A DNA stretch of 59,156 nucleotides, the filler included. It is 3 parts of 3 records of this genome, joined end to end, with 100 filler letters (N's around TTAATTAATTAA, not from the genome) between each part and the next. Parts side by side here need not be neighbours in the genome. Positions count along the whole stretch, not along the records: positions 25,939 to 48,986 come from SRR31156797_3168; 2 more parts are not named here. One strand, written 5' to 3'. This document shows, piece by piece, positions 30,282-41,065 of this stretch. Numbering within the stretch: the stretch's first letter is position 1; the number at the start of each line of letters is the position of its first letter. The notes under the pieces are model-generated. The model was not told the DNA's origin and made no database searches. It saw nothing but the letters and a program-made list of their open reading frames with translations. The position numbers and the translations under genes are program-made.

Positions 30282-30495
30282 TGTTTCGGTGTGGTGTAGC
30301 TTGGTCTGGCTCGGTTATTGGGTGTGTCTGTGTGCTTACGGGGATGAGCCGGTTGCATTGTTTCCCTTATTTGCATGGGCAGCGTTCAGCTGGCCGTCTT
30401 TTTTAGGGCATCAGGGTGTGTTTCTTCCGTGTTGCGCGGTAAATCTGTGGTTGCTGATGTGGTAAGGAGGAGTCGCGAGAGGGTGGCGATACAAC

Positions 30496-31134
30496 CTAAC
30501 CAGGATGTGTGGTGGTGTTTGGTGTCCGTGTGTCGTGGTCTTCCAGCATATGGATGTATGTATCGTGTCCTGCCGTTAATGCGCCCTCAAATTCGAAGTC
30601 TGCGGTAAGTGCTGCCCCTGCGTAGCCGTTGCACAGGATAGATTCCAGGCACATTCTGGTGGCGGGTGGTAAGATGTTGTAATTGTTTTTCCACCATATT
30701 GTGCCTTGGTAAATATGCTTGAAAAAGGTGCAGGGCAGTAAAGCGTCAAGTGCACATTGGGTCATCATCATGAATCCGTGGATGTCATAGGCGTTGGAGT
30801 TCATATAGCTGTCGCTGCAGTCTTCCTGGTGGAGGCTTGCCCTGTCCTTGGCCAGGTAGTAACACATAGGTTCGCCGTGATAGTCAAACGGCATGAACAT
30901 TTGACACGCTGTAGGCTTGTATTGGTGAATAATGCACCTGTTTGTGATCAGAAAGGGGCAGTGCCCTGTGTCCGCATGGAGGCTCGTGTACTGCTCGGCT
31001 AAGTTGACCATGTCCCTGTTGAGTAAGTACACCATAAGGGATTCAACAGCGGTTAAGTCAAGTGTTACTGTTGATTTGCAACAAAGGTGGCAGTCCTCTG
31101 GGCATTGTGTGTGAGCAGTTTTCATCTGCGGCAC
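30496..31134 (-). CDS. Cys-rich hypothetical protein, YkgJ-like metal-binding pattern
   Basis: CPEDCHLCC...CPFL....CIIHQYKPTACQMF matches the CxxxCxxCC..CPFL..C.IY..RP..C pattern; start uncertain. Confidence 0.7.
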   Translation of the reverse strand: MPQMKTAHTQCPEDCHLCCKSTVTLDLTAVESLMVYLLNRDMVNLAEQYTSLHADTGHCPFLITNRCIIHQYKPTACQMFMPFDYHGEPMCYYLAKDRASLHQEDCSDSYMNSNAYDIHGFMMMTQCALDALLPCTFFKHIYQGTIWWKNNYNILPPATRMCLESILCNGYAGAALTADFEFEGALTAGHDTYIHMLEDHDTRTPNTTTHPG

Positions 31135-31464
31135 AAAGAACCTATCTGCTGAAATTTCTTTTTTGACGATTAATGCCTGGCAGAGCGCATCTGTGAGTAT
31201 TGCTTCTTTGTGGTTAGCGCGCTGCTTTTTGACAGTGTTGATAAGATGCCGCCTTGTGAAGAGGGTGAAAAAGACCTTGATTCTACCGGTTCATCATAGT
31301 GCGCTTGATAGTATATTGATACTTATTCTTTTTCGAATTTTGAATAAGTGAGCATCTTTATCTCTGCTCGCGCTTTCTTGTGAGAGTGATCCATGGGGAG
31401 GCGTCTTGGGGTGGAGCTTGTTTAGCGTTAGGGAGGTGTTATGCTTGCTGCAGTATCAAAAGAG

Positions 31465-31494
31465 AAGGGAGGACTGGAACGCCAGTCCTCCCTT
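31465..31494 (-). terminator. terminator of amtB-glnK
   Basis: AAGGGAGGACTGG-AACG-CCAGTCCTCCCTT perfect stem downstream of glnK. Confidence 0.8.
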
Positions 31495-31521
31495 TGAAAA
31501 GCTATCTGTGAGATTGGGGAG

Positions 31522-33236
<1,715 letters not shown>

Positions 33237-33312
33237 TTTGTTTCCTCCTGGCAATTGTTTGAGCTGCGTAAAATAAATTGTATAAATGAGTAACTAGTAT
33301 TGCTGGTGATAA

Positions 33313-33328
33313 AGCAAGGGAGATGCCA
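33313..33328 (-). promoter_or_regulatory. sigma-54 (-24/-12) promoter of amtB-glnK
   Basis: Minus strand reads TGGCATCTCCCTTGCT: GG-N10-GC with canonical TGGCA/TTGC, ~77 bp upstream of the amtB start. Confidence 0.8.
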
Positions 33329-33699
33329 GAAAAGGTATTTTTGTTAAAAGGTGAGTTAGTACGGATTGTTATCGGTTGCGTTGCTTTTGCGGGAGGGTGT
33401 GCCGGTGCTTATTTTTTACAAATTTGTATGCCGGTAATTTTCAAGTTTACAAAAATGTTCTTGCTTGATCTGGTTTTGAGAGATCCGAAGGGCTTTTGAA
33501 GGGTTGTTGTGGAGAGTGGGCACGATTTGCTTTGTTTCGTATGTGTAAGGAGGGTTGCTGGAATGTTACGATAATGTAGTTTTCTGGTCTGGGTTTTTCA
33601 TGAACATTGTGGGGATTTATAACTCCATGTGACCTTGCTCGACATGATGGAATTGGGTGCAATTGGGGAAAATGTCACAATGCCCATGAAAAATAAGTG

Positions 33700-35013
33700 T
33701 TAGCCTTCTTCGATGAGTTTTCTAAAACGAGCAAGTTGGCTGTCACGTATGGAAGCAAGATTGAGGTGGTAAAAGTGTTGTGGAAAAAGAAATTCAGCCA
33801 CCCCGGTGTCAAAGATTCTTTTGACTTCATATTCGTCGTGGGCGACATCTCGCTGGTACATATAATTAAGGTAGGAACGATTGGTGTGAATAATGAATTC
33901 TACTCTCATTCCGCCTATACGGGCAAAGAACTTAAGCATCGCGGTTTTGGTGGAGCTTCCTGTTGCACTGCCGCTGTACTGCCCTCCGGTGAGAGTGTCT
34001 GAGATATCTTCAAGGGTCATAAAGGAATCCGCTTTGGCTGCGCAGCGGGTAAGGTGACGGAGAAAGCGGTTTACATCGTTAACAGAGTTGAGAACAGCCA
34101 TAAGGCCTAGTTCATCATCAACAGCAGTTGCAGGATTCTTTTCGTTTTTTCGCAGCAGTTTGATAACTTTCGCAGCTGGAGCCTTTTTTCTGATGGTTAC
34201 ATATATCGGGATCTCTGTTCCCCTATCGTTAAATCTCCTGCGCTTGATCAGGGTCAGTTTAGTTCCTTTTTTAGGGCGAAGATGTTGGGCCATATCTGCG
34301 GTGAGGGTCTCAACCTCTAAACACTTAAAGTCATCCTGGTTATGTTTGCTGTAAAGATAAGCGACTTCCATTTCTCCGATTTTGAGATTGGGGCTCCAGA
34401 CAAACATGTTGAGGAAGTTAATGAATTCTGAAAATTTATCAGCGATACGAGTCTCCCTTTCCCTTTGATCAATGGAGCCTGCAAGCCCCATCAGGGCAAG
34501 CTTACGTTTTGCTTCAAAACGTGCTTTTTTATGGAATCGATCATCAAACAGGTAGAGAAGTAGGGTTACCGGGTCATTAGTGGATGAGATCTCGTTGGTT
34601 GTTTCAAGCTGGGAAGAGTAAGGTGCGAGAACCTTGGAGCGGACGGTGTGGATAACATCGTCTGCTGTTCTGGCATACTCGTCAAGATACCTGGTAACAT
34701 CATTGGTTGTGCCATTGATGCCGAACATGTTCGCAAGCAGGGAGTGAGACCTGTCTATAGCTTGCTGTCGTTGAATGGGACTATGGATAAGGTGCAGCGT
34801 CTCATCAAAGGAGTTGATGCCGAGCAGGTCGAATATTTGGTTGCGGACAAGCCTGTACTTGGTCTTCATCAGTTGGTCATTTTTAAGAGCAGCGACCCAG
34901 GATTTTGATGCTTGCGAAAAAGTATGCTCAGCAAGGGGGGAAGACCCTGAAATTGCAAAAGGGCCGTTTTGGAGCATGGCCGAAAAGACTGATTTGTTGT
35001 TCAGTATACCCAT
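33700..35013 (-). CDS. hypothetical protein with a degenerate RelA/SpoT-synthetase-like (nucleotidyltransferase) C-terminal region
   Basis: 437-aa ORF; ordered motifs IRKK..AKVIKLLRK, DDELGL, VEFIIHT, AHDEY. The CDS is solid; the fold assignment is inference. Confidence 0.7.
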   Translation of the reverse strand: MGILNNKSVFSAMLQNGPFAISGSSPLAEHTFSQASKSWVAALKNDQLMKTKYRLVRNQIFDLLGINSFDETLHLIHSPIQRQQAIDRSHSLLANMFGINGTTNDVTRYLDEYARTADDVIHTVRSKVLAPYSSQLETTNEISSTNDPVTLLLYLFDDRFHKKARFEAKRKLALMGLAGSIDQRERETRIADKFSEFINFLNMFVWSPNLKIGEMEVAYLYSKHNQDDFKCLEVETLTADMAQHLRPKKGTKLTLIKRRRFNDRGTEIPIYVTIRKKAPAAKVIKLLRKNEKNPATAVDDELGLMAVLNSVNDVNRFLRHLTRCAAKADSFMTLEDISDTLTGGQYSGSATGSSTKTAMLKFFARIGGMRVEFIIHTNRSYLNYMYQRDVAHDEYEVKRIFDTGVAEFLFPQHFYHLNLASIRDSQLARFRKLIEEG

Positions 35014-35485
35014 AAGAATGTAGTATGTAGATAAAGGATAAACGGGATGTGTGTCTAATTGATTGTACGTACTGCTTTTAAGCTATATTTATACCATTTT
35101 GGAAAAAAATTGTATCGGTGGGTAAAGTAAGAAGTACAGCCCACTGATAATGGGCAGCCTGACATATGGATTCTGTATACTTCTATCTATCAGCGGTCAA
35201 GGGGGAGAAGAGGAGGAAAACTTGTTTGTTCCTGTAAGGGAAACACTTGAACCATATAAATTAGTTACATTCTTAATTTTGATAGGGTAGTATTTTTTCA
35301 ACTCAGTATATCCATACAAAATTAGTGGGCATGGCGTCAGGTTTTAAAGATAAAAATGTTTCATTTTTTCCTGTCTGTCGAGTTTTTTGCGCAGCACGCT
35401 GCTGTTTCGATTGTTCGTACTTCAAACACATTAATTATAAGAGCGAGAAGTGGGCATAGATTGCTTCTCTCAGACCAAGGTTGAT

Positions 35486-36331
35486 ATGCAGATAATTACA
35501 AGTTTAGATGAATTACGTGACCTTTGCTACCAATGGCGATTTTCAGGTGTGAAAACTGGTCTTGTTCCGACCATGGGCTATTTCCATGAAGGACATATGA
35601 GTTTGATGCAGTATGCTCGAACTAACAGCGATAAGCTTATCACTACGCTTTTTGTCAACCCTGCCCAGTTTGGTGAAAATGAAGATCTGGACACTTATCC
35701 ACGAGATTTGGAAAGGGATGCTGCTATTGCAGAGGAACAGGGGACAGATGTCTTATTTGCTCCGGAGGCAGGCGCGATGTATGTAGAGGATCATATGACA
35801 TGGGTGGAAGTACCCCATATGGCAAAACGTCTTTGCGGTATCAGTCGGCCTGTATTTTTTAGAGGTATATGTACGGTGGTGACCAAGCTTTTTATGTTGA
35901 CCTTGCCCAGTGTTGCCGTGTTCGGTGAGAAGGATTGGCAGCAGTTGGCGATAATCCGTCGCATGGTTAACGATCTGAATATCCCAACCGAAATCCATGG
36001 GTGCCCAATTGTTCGTGAATCTGACGGGTTGGCTTTGAGCAGCCGTAACGTATATCTTTCTCCGGAAGAGCGCTCTAAAGCCCCGCATATCAATAAAGGA
36101 CTACAGGTTGGGGCACAGGTTGTACAGAAAGGAGAAAAAGCGGCGGCGGTGGTCAGGCAGGCTGTACGGGAGTACTGGAAAGAGAATGTTCCGGATGCAA
36201 AAGAGGATTATCTTGAGATTTTTCATCCTGATTCTTTGGAGTACCTTGAAAAGATCGATGATAAGGCGCATGTTGCTTGTGCATTGCAGTACGGTAGAAC
36301 CAGGTTGATTGATAATATCTCTTTATCGTAG
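35486..36331 (+). CDS. panC: pantoate--beta-alanine ligase
   Basis: VPTMGYFHEGH, FVNPAQF, FGEKDWQQ, DGLALSSRN, RLIDN; ATG at 35486 preferred. Confidence 0.96.
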   Translation: MQIITSLDELRDLCYQWRFSGVKTGLVPTMGYFHEGHMSLMQYARTNSDKLITTLFVNPAQFGENEDLDTYPRDLERDAAIAEEQGTDVLFAPEAGAMYVEDHMTWVEVPHMAKRLCGISRPVFFRGICTVVTKLFMLTLPSVAVFGEKDWQQLAIIRRMVNDLNIPTEIHGCPIVRESDGLALSSRNVYLSPEERSKAPHINKGLQVGAQVVQKGEKAAAVVRQAVREYWKENVPDAKEDYLEIFHPDSLEYLEKIDDKAHVACALQYGRTRLIDNISLS

Positions 36332-36373
36332 CCTTCTTGGATTGTTTCGGTATCATCAGTTGATGCGAGGAGG

Positions 36374-36988
36374 TTAGTCTTTTTCTCTGTAAGTAAGCCA
36401 TTGCGGGTAATATAGGCCCCATTGGATGGCTGCTGAGCGAAGGAGGAAAATAGTGGTTATAGCATAGACCCTATTATAATCGTGGAGCGGGAAAAAAGAG
36501 TCGAGGAAAATGAAGAGAAGTGCCCCTAATAGGGCCGGCGTCGCGTAAAATTCTTTTCCCAGGATGAGTGGCATCCTGCCTGTTAAGATATCGCGGAGCA
36601 TGCCGCCTGCGGCACCGGTGATAATCCCCATTAGCATAGCGACTGGTCTGGAAAAACCTAGGAGTAGGGTTTTTTCCGTGGCAAGGATGGTAAAGAGCGA
36701 CAGACCGAATGCATCGACAAAGAGCAATAAGCGGTAGACATTATTGATATGGCGAACAAGGAAAAAGGTCATTACTGAGGCCACTACTGCCACCCAAAGA
36801 TAATAAAGATCTGCAATCCAGAAAGTAGGATTAACGTCAATAATTATATCTCGCAGGGTGCCGCCGCCGAGGGCTGTAACTACACCAAGCAGAACAATGC
36901 TAAATATATCCATCCCCTTTCTACCTGCTGCGATAACCCCGGTGATGGAAAAGGCTGCTATGCCAATGAGCCCTAAATAATATATCAT
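36374..36988 (-). CDS. TRIC/UPF0126 (YadS-like) membrane protein
   Basis: Internal repeat TALGGGTLRD / TGAAGGMLRD; DAFGL; EFYA. Confidence 0.9.
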   Translation of the reverse strand: MIYYLGLIGIAAFSITGVIAAGRKGMDIFSIVLLGVVTALGGGTLRDIIIDVNPTFWIADLYYLWVAVVASVMTFFLVRHINNVYRLLLFVDAFGLSLFTILATEKTLLLGFSRPVAMLMGIITGAAGGMLRDILTGRMPLILGKEFYATPALLGALLFIFLDSFFPLHDYNRVYAITTIFLLRSAAIQWGLYYPQWLTYREKD

Positions 36989-37333
36989 TTCTTTGTATTC
37001 CCTTTTGCTAATTAACCAGCATTAACAAAACAAACTGTAAAAGATTATTTGACTTATAAGTCCTTGCTTTGTAATAAGTATATTACTTCTAAGGGCTAGT
37101 ATTGTCGTCGATTCTTCGTGTTTTTTGAAGAATACGTGTCGATAAATGCCAAGAGTCTCACCACAGTTTTTCTGGTTGGGGATGCTGTTGAATTTTCTAG
37201 ATCAAATCTACCTTTTTAAACTTGTTCGATAGTTAAATTTTCGTTGCTTACTGTAAATGTAAAATACTACGCTTTTTGGTGATGTACCACACATTAGGCA
37301 TCACGAGAGCGTGAAAATCACAAGGAGGGTCCT

Positions 37334-37825
37334 ATGCCTTACCAAATGAAAAAAATTCTTTACACCACCGATCTCTCTCCAGCAGCACCAAAAGTTTTTC
37401 AGTATGCAATTTTCCTTGCCAACCAGTTTAACGCCCATGTAACGAGTATGCATGTATTGGAGGAGTTGTCACCTGATGCAAAATTTGCCCTGGCCTTGCA
37501 TTTTTCCGATGAAGATGCAGAAGAGATGATGATAAAAAAACAACAAGAGGCTGAACAAGAGATGCATAGCAGGGTAGAAACGCTGTGCCAGGCAACGACA
37601 TTGAGCTGTGGTACATGCATTGACCCGGACCGACTGACCATCAAAGTAGAAAGAGGGTTTCCCGAGGAGAAAATTTTAAGGGTGTCAAAAGAAATGGAGG
37701 CAGATATCATCGTTATGGGTGCCCATGAGAAAGGATTTACCCATACGTTTTTGGGGTCGGTTGCTAAAAGGGTCTTGCGTCGTTCAAAAATTCCGGTGGT
37801 TATTGTACCTGTCACCGAGGAGTAA
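37334..37825 (+). CDS. universal stress protein
   Basis: KILYTTDLS, DIIVMGAH..FLGSVAKRVLR.S.IPV; AGGAGG RBS. Confidence 0.93.
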   Translation: MPYQMKKILYTTDLSPAAPKVFQYAIFLANQFNAHVTSMHVLEELSPDAKFALALHFSDEDAEEMMIKKQQEAEQEMHSRVETLCQATTLSCGTCIDPDRLTIKVERGFPEEKILRVSKEMEADIIVMGAHEKGFTHTFLGSVAKRVLRRSKIPVVIVPVTEE

Positions 37826-37885
37826 GTCGTCACATTACCAGGGGACAACCCATTGATGTCTCCGATGACTGATTGGAATGTCGGT

Positions 37886-37925
37886 AATAAAAAGGCCGTT
37901 ACTTAATGAAACGGTCTTTTTTATT
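37886..37925. terminator. bidirectional terminator
   Basis: AATAAAAAGGCCGTT...AACGGTCTTTTTTATT between convergent usp and gntR genes. Confidence 0.75.
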
Positions 37926-37978
37926 TGCCAGGCAAGTTGCTATGCTAAGCGCATATAACAGATGCAGTAGGATGCTTG

Positions 37979-38647
37979 TTATTGTTTCGTTCCTGAAATA
38001 ACTATAAACGAATCCGGGGGGTTAAACTCCCAGTGAACGTCTCTTATGTAATCTGCTGCCTCAATGGCTTTGCCGTCTTCTATGAGTTGGGTAAACTCTC
38101 CATGCTCAAGCAAATTTTTCTGGTTCCATTGTTTTCCGTAATCTCTTCTTGGAAAGTCGTAGAGCAACATTTTGAGATTTTTTACATATCGAAGGAGTCG
38201 CTGATTGGTCGACAGGTTTAAGAAGACATCATGAAATTCAACATTGGCCTGATTGTGGGCTGTAATATCCCCTTTAGCAAGGTTTGCTTCAATTTTTTTA
38301 TTGAGCTTTTTCATCTGCTTGATTTCTCTAGCACCGAGCTTATCAAAAACAGAAAGGACCACCCTTGATTCAATACCGCCTAGAATTTCATATATATCTC
38401 TGACATCCTCAAGAGTGAGTTCGTTGATCCGTACTCCTCGCTGTGGTTGAATCGACACAAAGCCCTGCTCCTGAAGAAGGAGGAGGGCTTCGCGTAGAGG
38501 GGTCCGACTGACTCCCAGTTCTTTTATCAGGGTGTTTACACTTATGGAGGCGCCCGGTTCCAGTTCACCTATCCTCATTTGTTTTTCTAGGTAATCATAT
38601 ACTTGAACCCTGAGAAGATTATTGCCGGGGCGGGCATTGTTGAGCAT
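37979..38647 (-). CDS. GntR family regulator (FCD domain)
   Basis: LGVSRTPLREAL..L.EQGFV..PQRG; ANVEFH, EH. Confidence 0.93.
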   Translation of the reverse strand: MLNNARPGNNLLRVQVYDYLEKQMRIGELEPGASISVNTLIKELGVSRTPLREALLLLQEQGFVSIQPQRGVRINELTLEDVRDIYEILGGIESRVVLSVFDKLGAREIKQMKKLNKKIEANLAKGDITAHNQANVEFHDVFLNLSTNQRLLRYVKNLKMLLYDFPRRDYGKQWNQKNLLEHGEFTQLIEDGKAIEAADYIRDVHWEFNPPDSFIVISGTKQ

Positions 38648-38755
38648 CCAATTTTCCTCTAAATTACAGAACGTAGATTTTGTCGTGTGATTGTTTAGAT
38701 GGCAGTACAGTCCTGATACCGTGTTAAACGCTAAGGGTGTTAGAACAAATAGCTA

Positions 38756-39028
38756 TTATTTGACGAAAAATCCACTAATATACCCAACTTTGGCAGCCTC
38801 TTCAATGGATTCGTAAATGGTTTTAGCATCATCAGCCTTAAAACCACTACAGAGTTCAATAAGTGTAACTTTCTTTCCTACTAACTGTTTAGCTGCTTCA
38901 CAGGCTTCTTCAATTGAGCCAACACCAATGATGTTTGACTTAAATGCCTCGGATTCAAGTGCTGCATTGTTGTGATTGAGTTTGTAACCGGGGGCCTTGA
39001 TGATATAACCGTATTGAAATTGACTCAT
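38756..39028 (-). CDS. small hypothetical protein (DUF6506-like)
   Basis: 90 aa; IELCSGF motif, EAC..AK.LV; ATG at 39028 with CAGGA RBS; family name recalled, not verified. Confidence 0.65.
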   Translation of the reverse strand: MSQFQYGYIIKAPGYKLNHNNAALESEAFKSNIIGVGSIEEACEAAKQLVGKKVTLIELCSGFKADDAKTIYESIEEAAKVGYISGFFVK

Positions 39029-39121
39029 TTTTTCCTGTTTCACTAAGAGTAATTGTTATCCTGCCTGGGCAGTAATAATCTCTGCCGGTTTCTGATTCAC
39101 CGGCAGAGGGTAATGAAATGT

Positions 39122-40666
39122 TTAATTGGCTACACAGCTTCGGACAGAGTTGTCGCCAGCAACTTTTTCGCCATCTTCGGTCACACCTTCAGGGGGAGCA
39201 ACACGAATGGTGGCAACTTTGTTCTGGGTAAAGAAGTCGATACCATCCTTGCCCTGTACTTTGTTGGTGCCAAGATGGGAGTCTTTGATGCCGCCAAATG
39301 GGAGGTAAGGGTGAGGAGCGCAGACACCTACGTTAACCCCCACCATTCCAACATCGGCTTCTGCAATAAATTTCTCGGTATAGTATTGGTTTTGGGTGAA
39401 AATGCAGGCACCGTTACCAAAGTTTTGCTGTCGGATAAGCTGCAGGACGTCATCAAGATCTTTGATTTTCATGATAGAGACAACAGGGCCAAAAATTTCT
39501 TCCTGCGCAATTCTTCTGCATGGCGTTACATCTGTAAAGATGGTCGGCCCAACAAAGTAACCGTTTTTGTTCTCTTCCGGTAATTCTGGATTACGCCCAT
39601 CAAGCACTAGGGTGGAGCCCTGCTCAACTCCGATTTCGATATACTTTTCGATATTGGCTTTGGCCTTGGCAGATATAACCGGTCCCATGTAGACATCAGG
39701 GTTCATGGCATCGCCAAAGGTGATTTTTTTGGAGGCTTCTGTCACTCTTTCAATCAGTTCGTCATACACTTCTGGTACTGCGGCAACAATGGAGCCAGCA
39801 AGGCAACGTTGACCAGCCGAGCCGTAGCAGGAGTGGATGAAGTTATCAATAAAGACATCCCAGTTAACATCTTCCATGGCCACCAGGTAGTTCTTAGCCC
39901 CACCAAGCAGCATACTTCTTTTACCGCCTCGGCCGCACGCTTCTGCCATGGCCTTTGCGGTTGGTGTGGAACCTACCAGGCAGACACCACTCATTTTTGG
40001 GTGTTCGTACCAAGTGCCTGGAACTGATCGATTTCCGTGTACAATATTAACAACACCTTTGGGTAAGCCCACTTCATTAAAGATTTCACCCATTTTCTGC
40101 ATAAACAGAGGTGACTGGGTGGAGGGCTTGTAGATAAAGGTATTACCTACCCCAATGGCGTAGGGGATAAACCAGCCGAAGACGAGTGCAGGAAAGTTAA
40201 AAGGAGCCACGCCACCAAAAACGCCAAGCGGCTGCTTAACAACCCGACCATTAATATTGTTGGCAATGCCATCCAGGGTCTCGCCCTGAACAAGTGATGG
40301 TATTGTGCATGCTGCCTCAAAAATTTCTACAACACGCCTGACCTCTCCTCTTGCCTCAGAAATATGTTTGGCCTGGTCAACGGCGATGGATACTGCCAGG
40401 TCTTCCTCATGGTCAATCATTGCTTGACGAATCGCATAAAGAAAGCCCATGCGTTTACTGATAGATAGTTTTCGCCAACTGCCATAGGCATCGTAGGCTG
40501 CATCAACAGCATCAAGGGATGTCTGTTCAGAGCTCTGCGGAACTTCACCAATTAATTCACCGGTGGAAGGGTTGTAGAGCGGAACATACTCAACGCCACT
40601 TTCTTCCACCCATTCGCCGTTAATAAAATTTTTGATTTTGGGAACACTTTGATTGGTCATGACCAT
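39122..40666 (-). CDS. mmsA: CoA-acylating (methyl)malonate-semialdehyde dehydrogenase
   Basis: APFNFPA, VGSTPTA, GGAKNY, GSAGQRCLA (catalytic Cys), EEIFGP, FGNGACIFT, GMVGVNVG. Confidence 0.82.
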   Translation of the reverse strand: MVMTNQSVPKIKNFINGEWVEESGVEYVPLYNPSTGELIGEVPQSSEQTSLDAVDAAYDAYGSWRKLSISKRMGFLYAIRQAMIDHEEDLAVSIAVDQAKHISEARGEVRRVVEIFEAACTIPSLVQGETLDGIANNINGRVVKQPLGVFGGVAPFNFPALVFGWFIPYAIGVGNTFIYKPSTQSPLFMQKMGEIFNEVGLPKGVVNIVHGNRSVPGTWYEHPKMSGVCLVGSTPTAKAMAEACGRGGKRSMLLGGAKNYLVAMEDVNWDVFIDNFIHSCYGSAGQRCLAGSIVAAVPEVYDELIERVTEASKKITFGDAMNPDVYMGPVISAKAKANIEKYIEIGVEQGSTLVLDGRNPELPEENKNGYFVGPTIFTDVTPCRRIAQEEIFGPVVSIMKIKDLDDVLQLIRQQNFGNGACIFTQNQYYTEKFIAEADVGMVGVNVGVCAPHPYLPFGGIKDSHLGTNKVQGKDGIDFFTQNKVATIRVAPPEGVTEDGEKVAGDNSVRSCVAN

Positions 40667-40810
40667 TAACTCCTATCAACAATTTGATTGAATCTGCACC
40701 AATGGCTATGTGCAGTTGATTGTATTTCTCAGGTTTATTTGTGGAGCAACCTGCTGCTTTGTTATTAAATGAGCAACGATAAATCACTTGCTCATCTTGA
40801 ATCCTAGTAT

Positions 40811-40824
40811 ACTAATATATTAGT
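40811..40824. promoter_or_regulatory. palindromic operator ACTAATATATTAGT upstream of mmsA
   Basis: Perfect 14-bp palindrome; minus-strand TTGACA at 40835-40840; same 12-bp core recurs at 44586-44597. Confidence 0.65.
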
Positions 40825-40977
40825 CGAGAGAGGGTGTCAACACCTTTTCGTATCTAAATAAGCCTCACGAGTTATTATCTATGTAACCGGGTAGAAGCCC
40901 TGACAGGCTAGTAAAAAAGTTTACACCCAGACCTTTGGAGAGGGCCGCAAGCTGTTGAGAAACATATAGAATGGATG

Positions 40978-41031
40978 AAAAAAGGCGTGTCAGTCACTTA
41001 CTCTATACTCTATTAGGAGTGACACGCCTTT
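40978..41031 (-). terminator. terminator after the TRAP operon
   Basis: AAAGGCGTGTCA...TGACACGCCTTT stem ending in a T-run on the minus strand. Confidence 0.7.
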
Positions 41032-41065
41032 AGGTCTAGCTAGGAAAGAATACCAATGGTGAAGA

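Noticed and set aside
40696-40715. TGCAC-N10-GTGCA upstream of mmsA as an NtrC box
   Set aside because: Spacing is N10 rather than N7 and no sigma54 promoter is adjacent; more likely a leader hairpin
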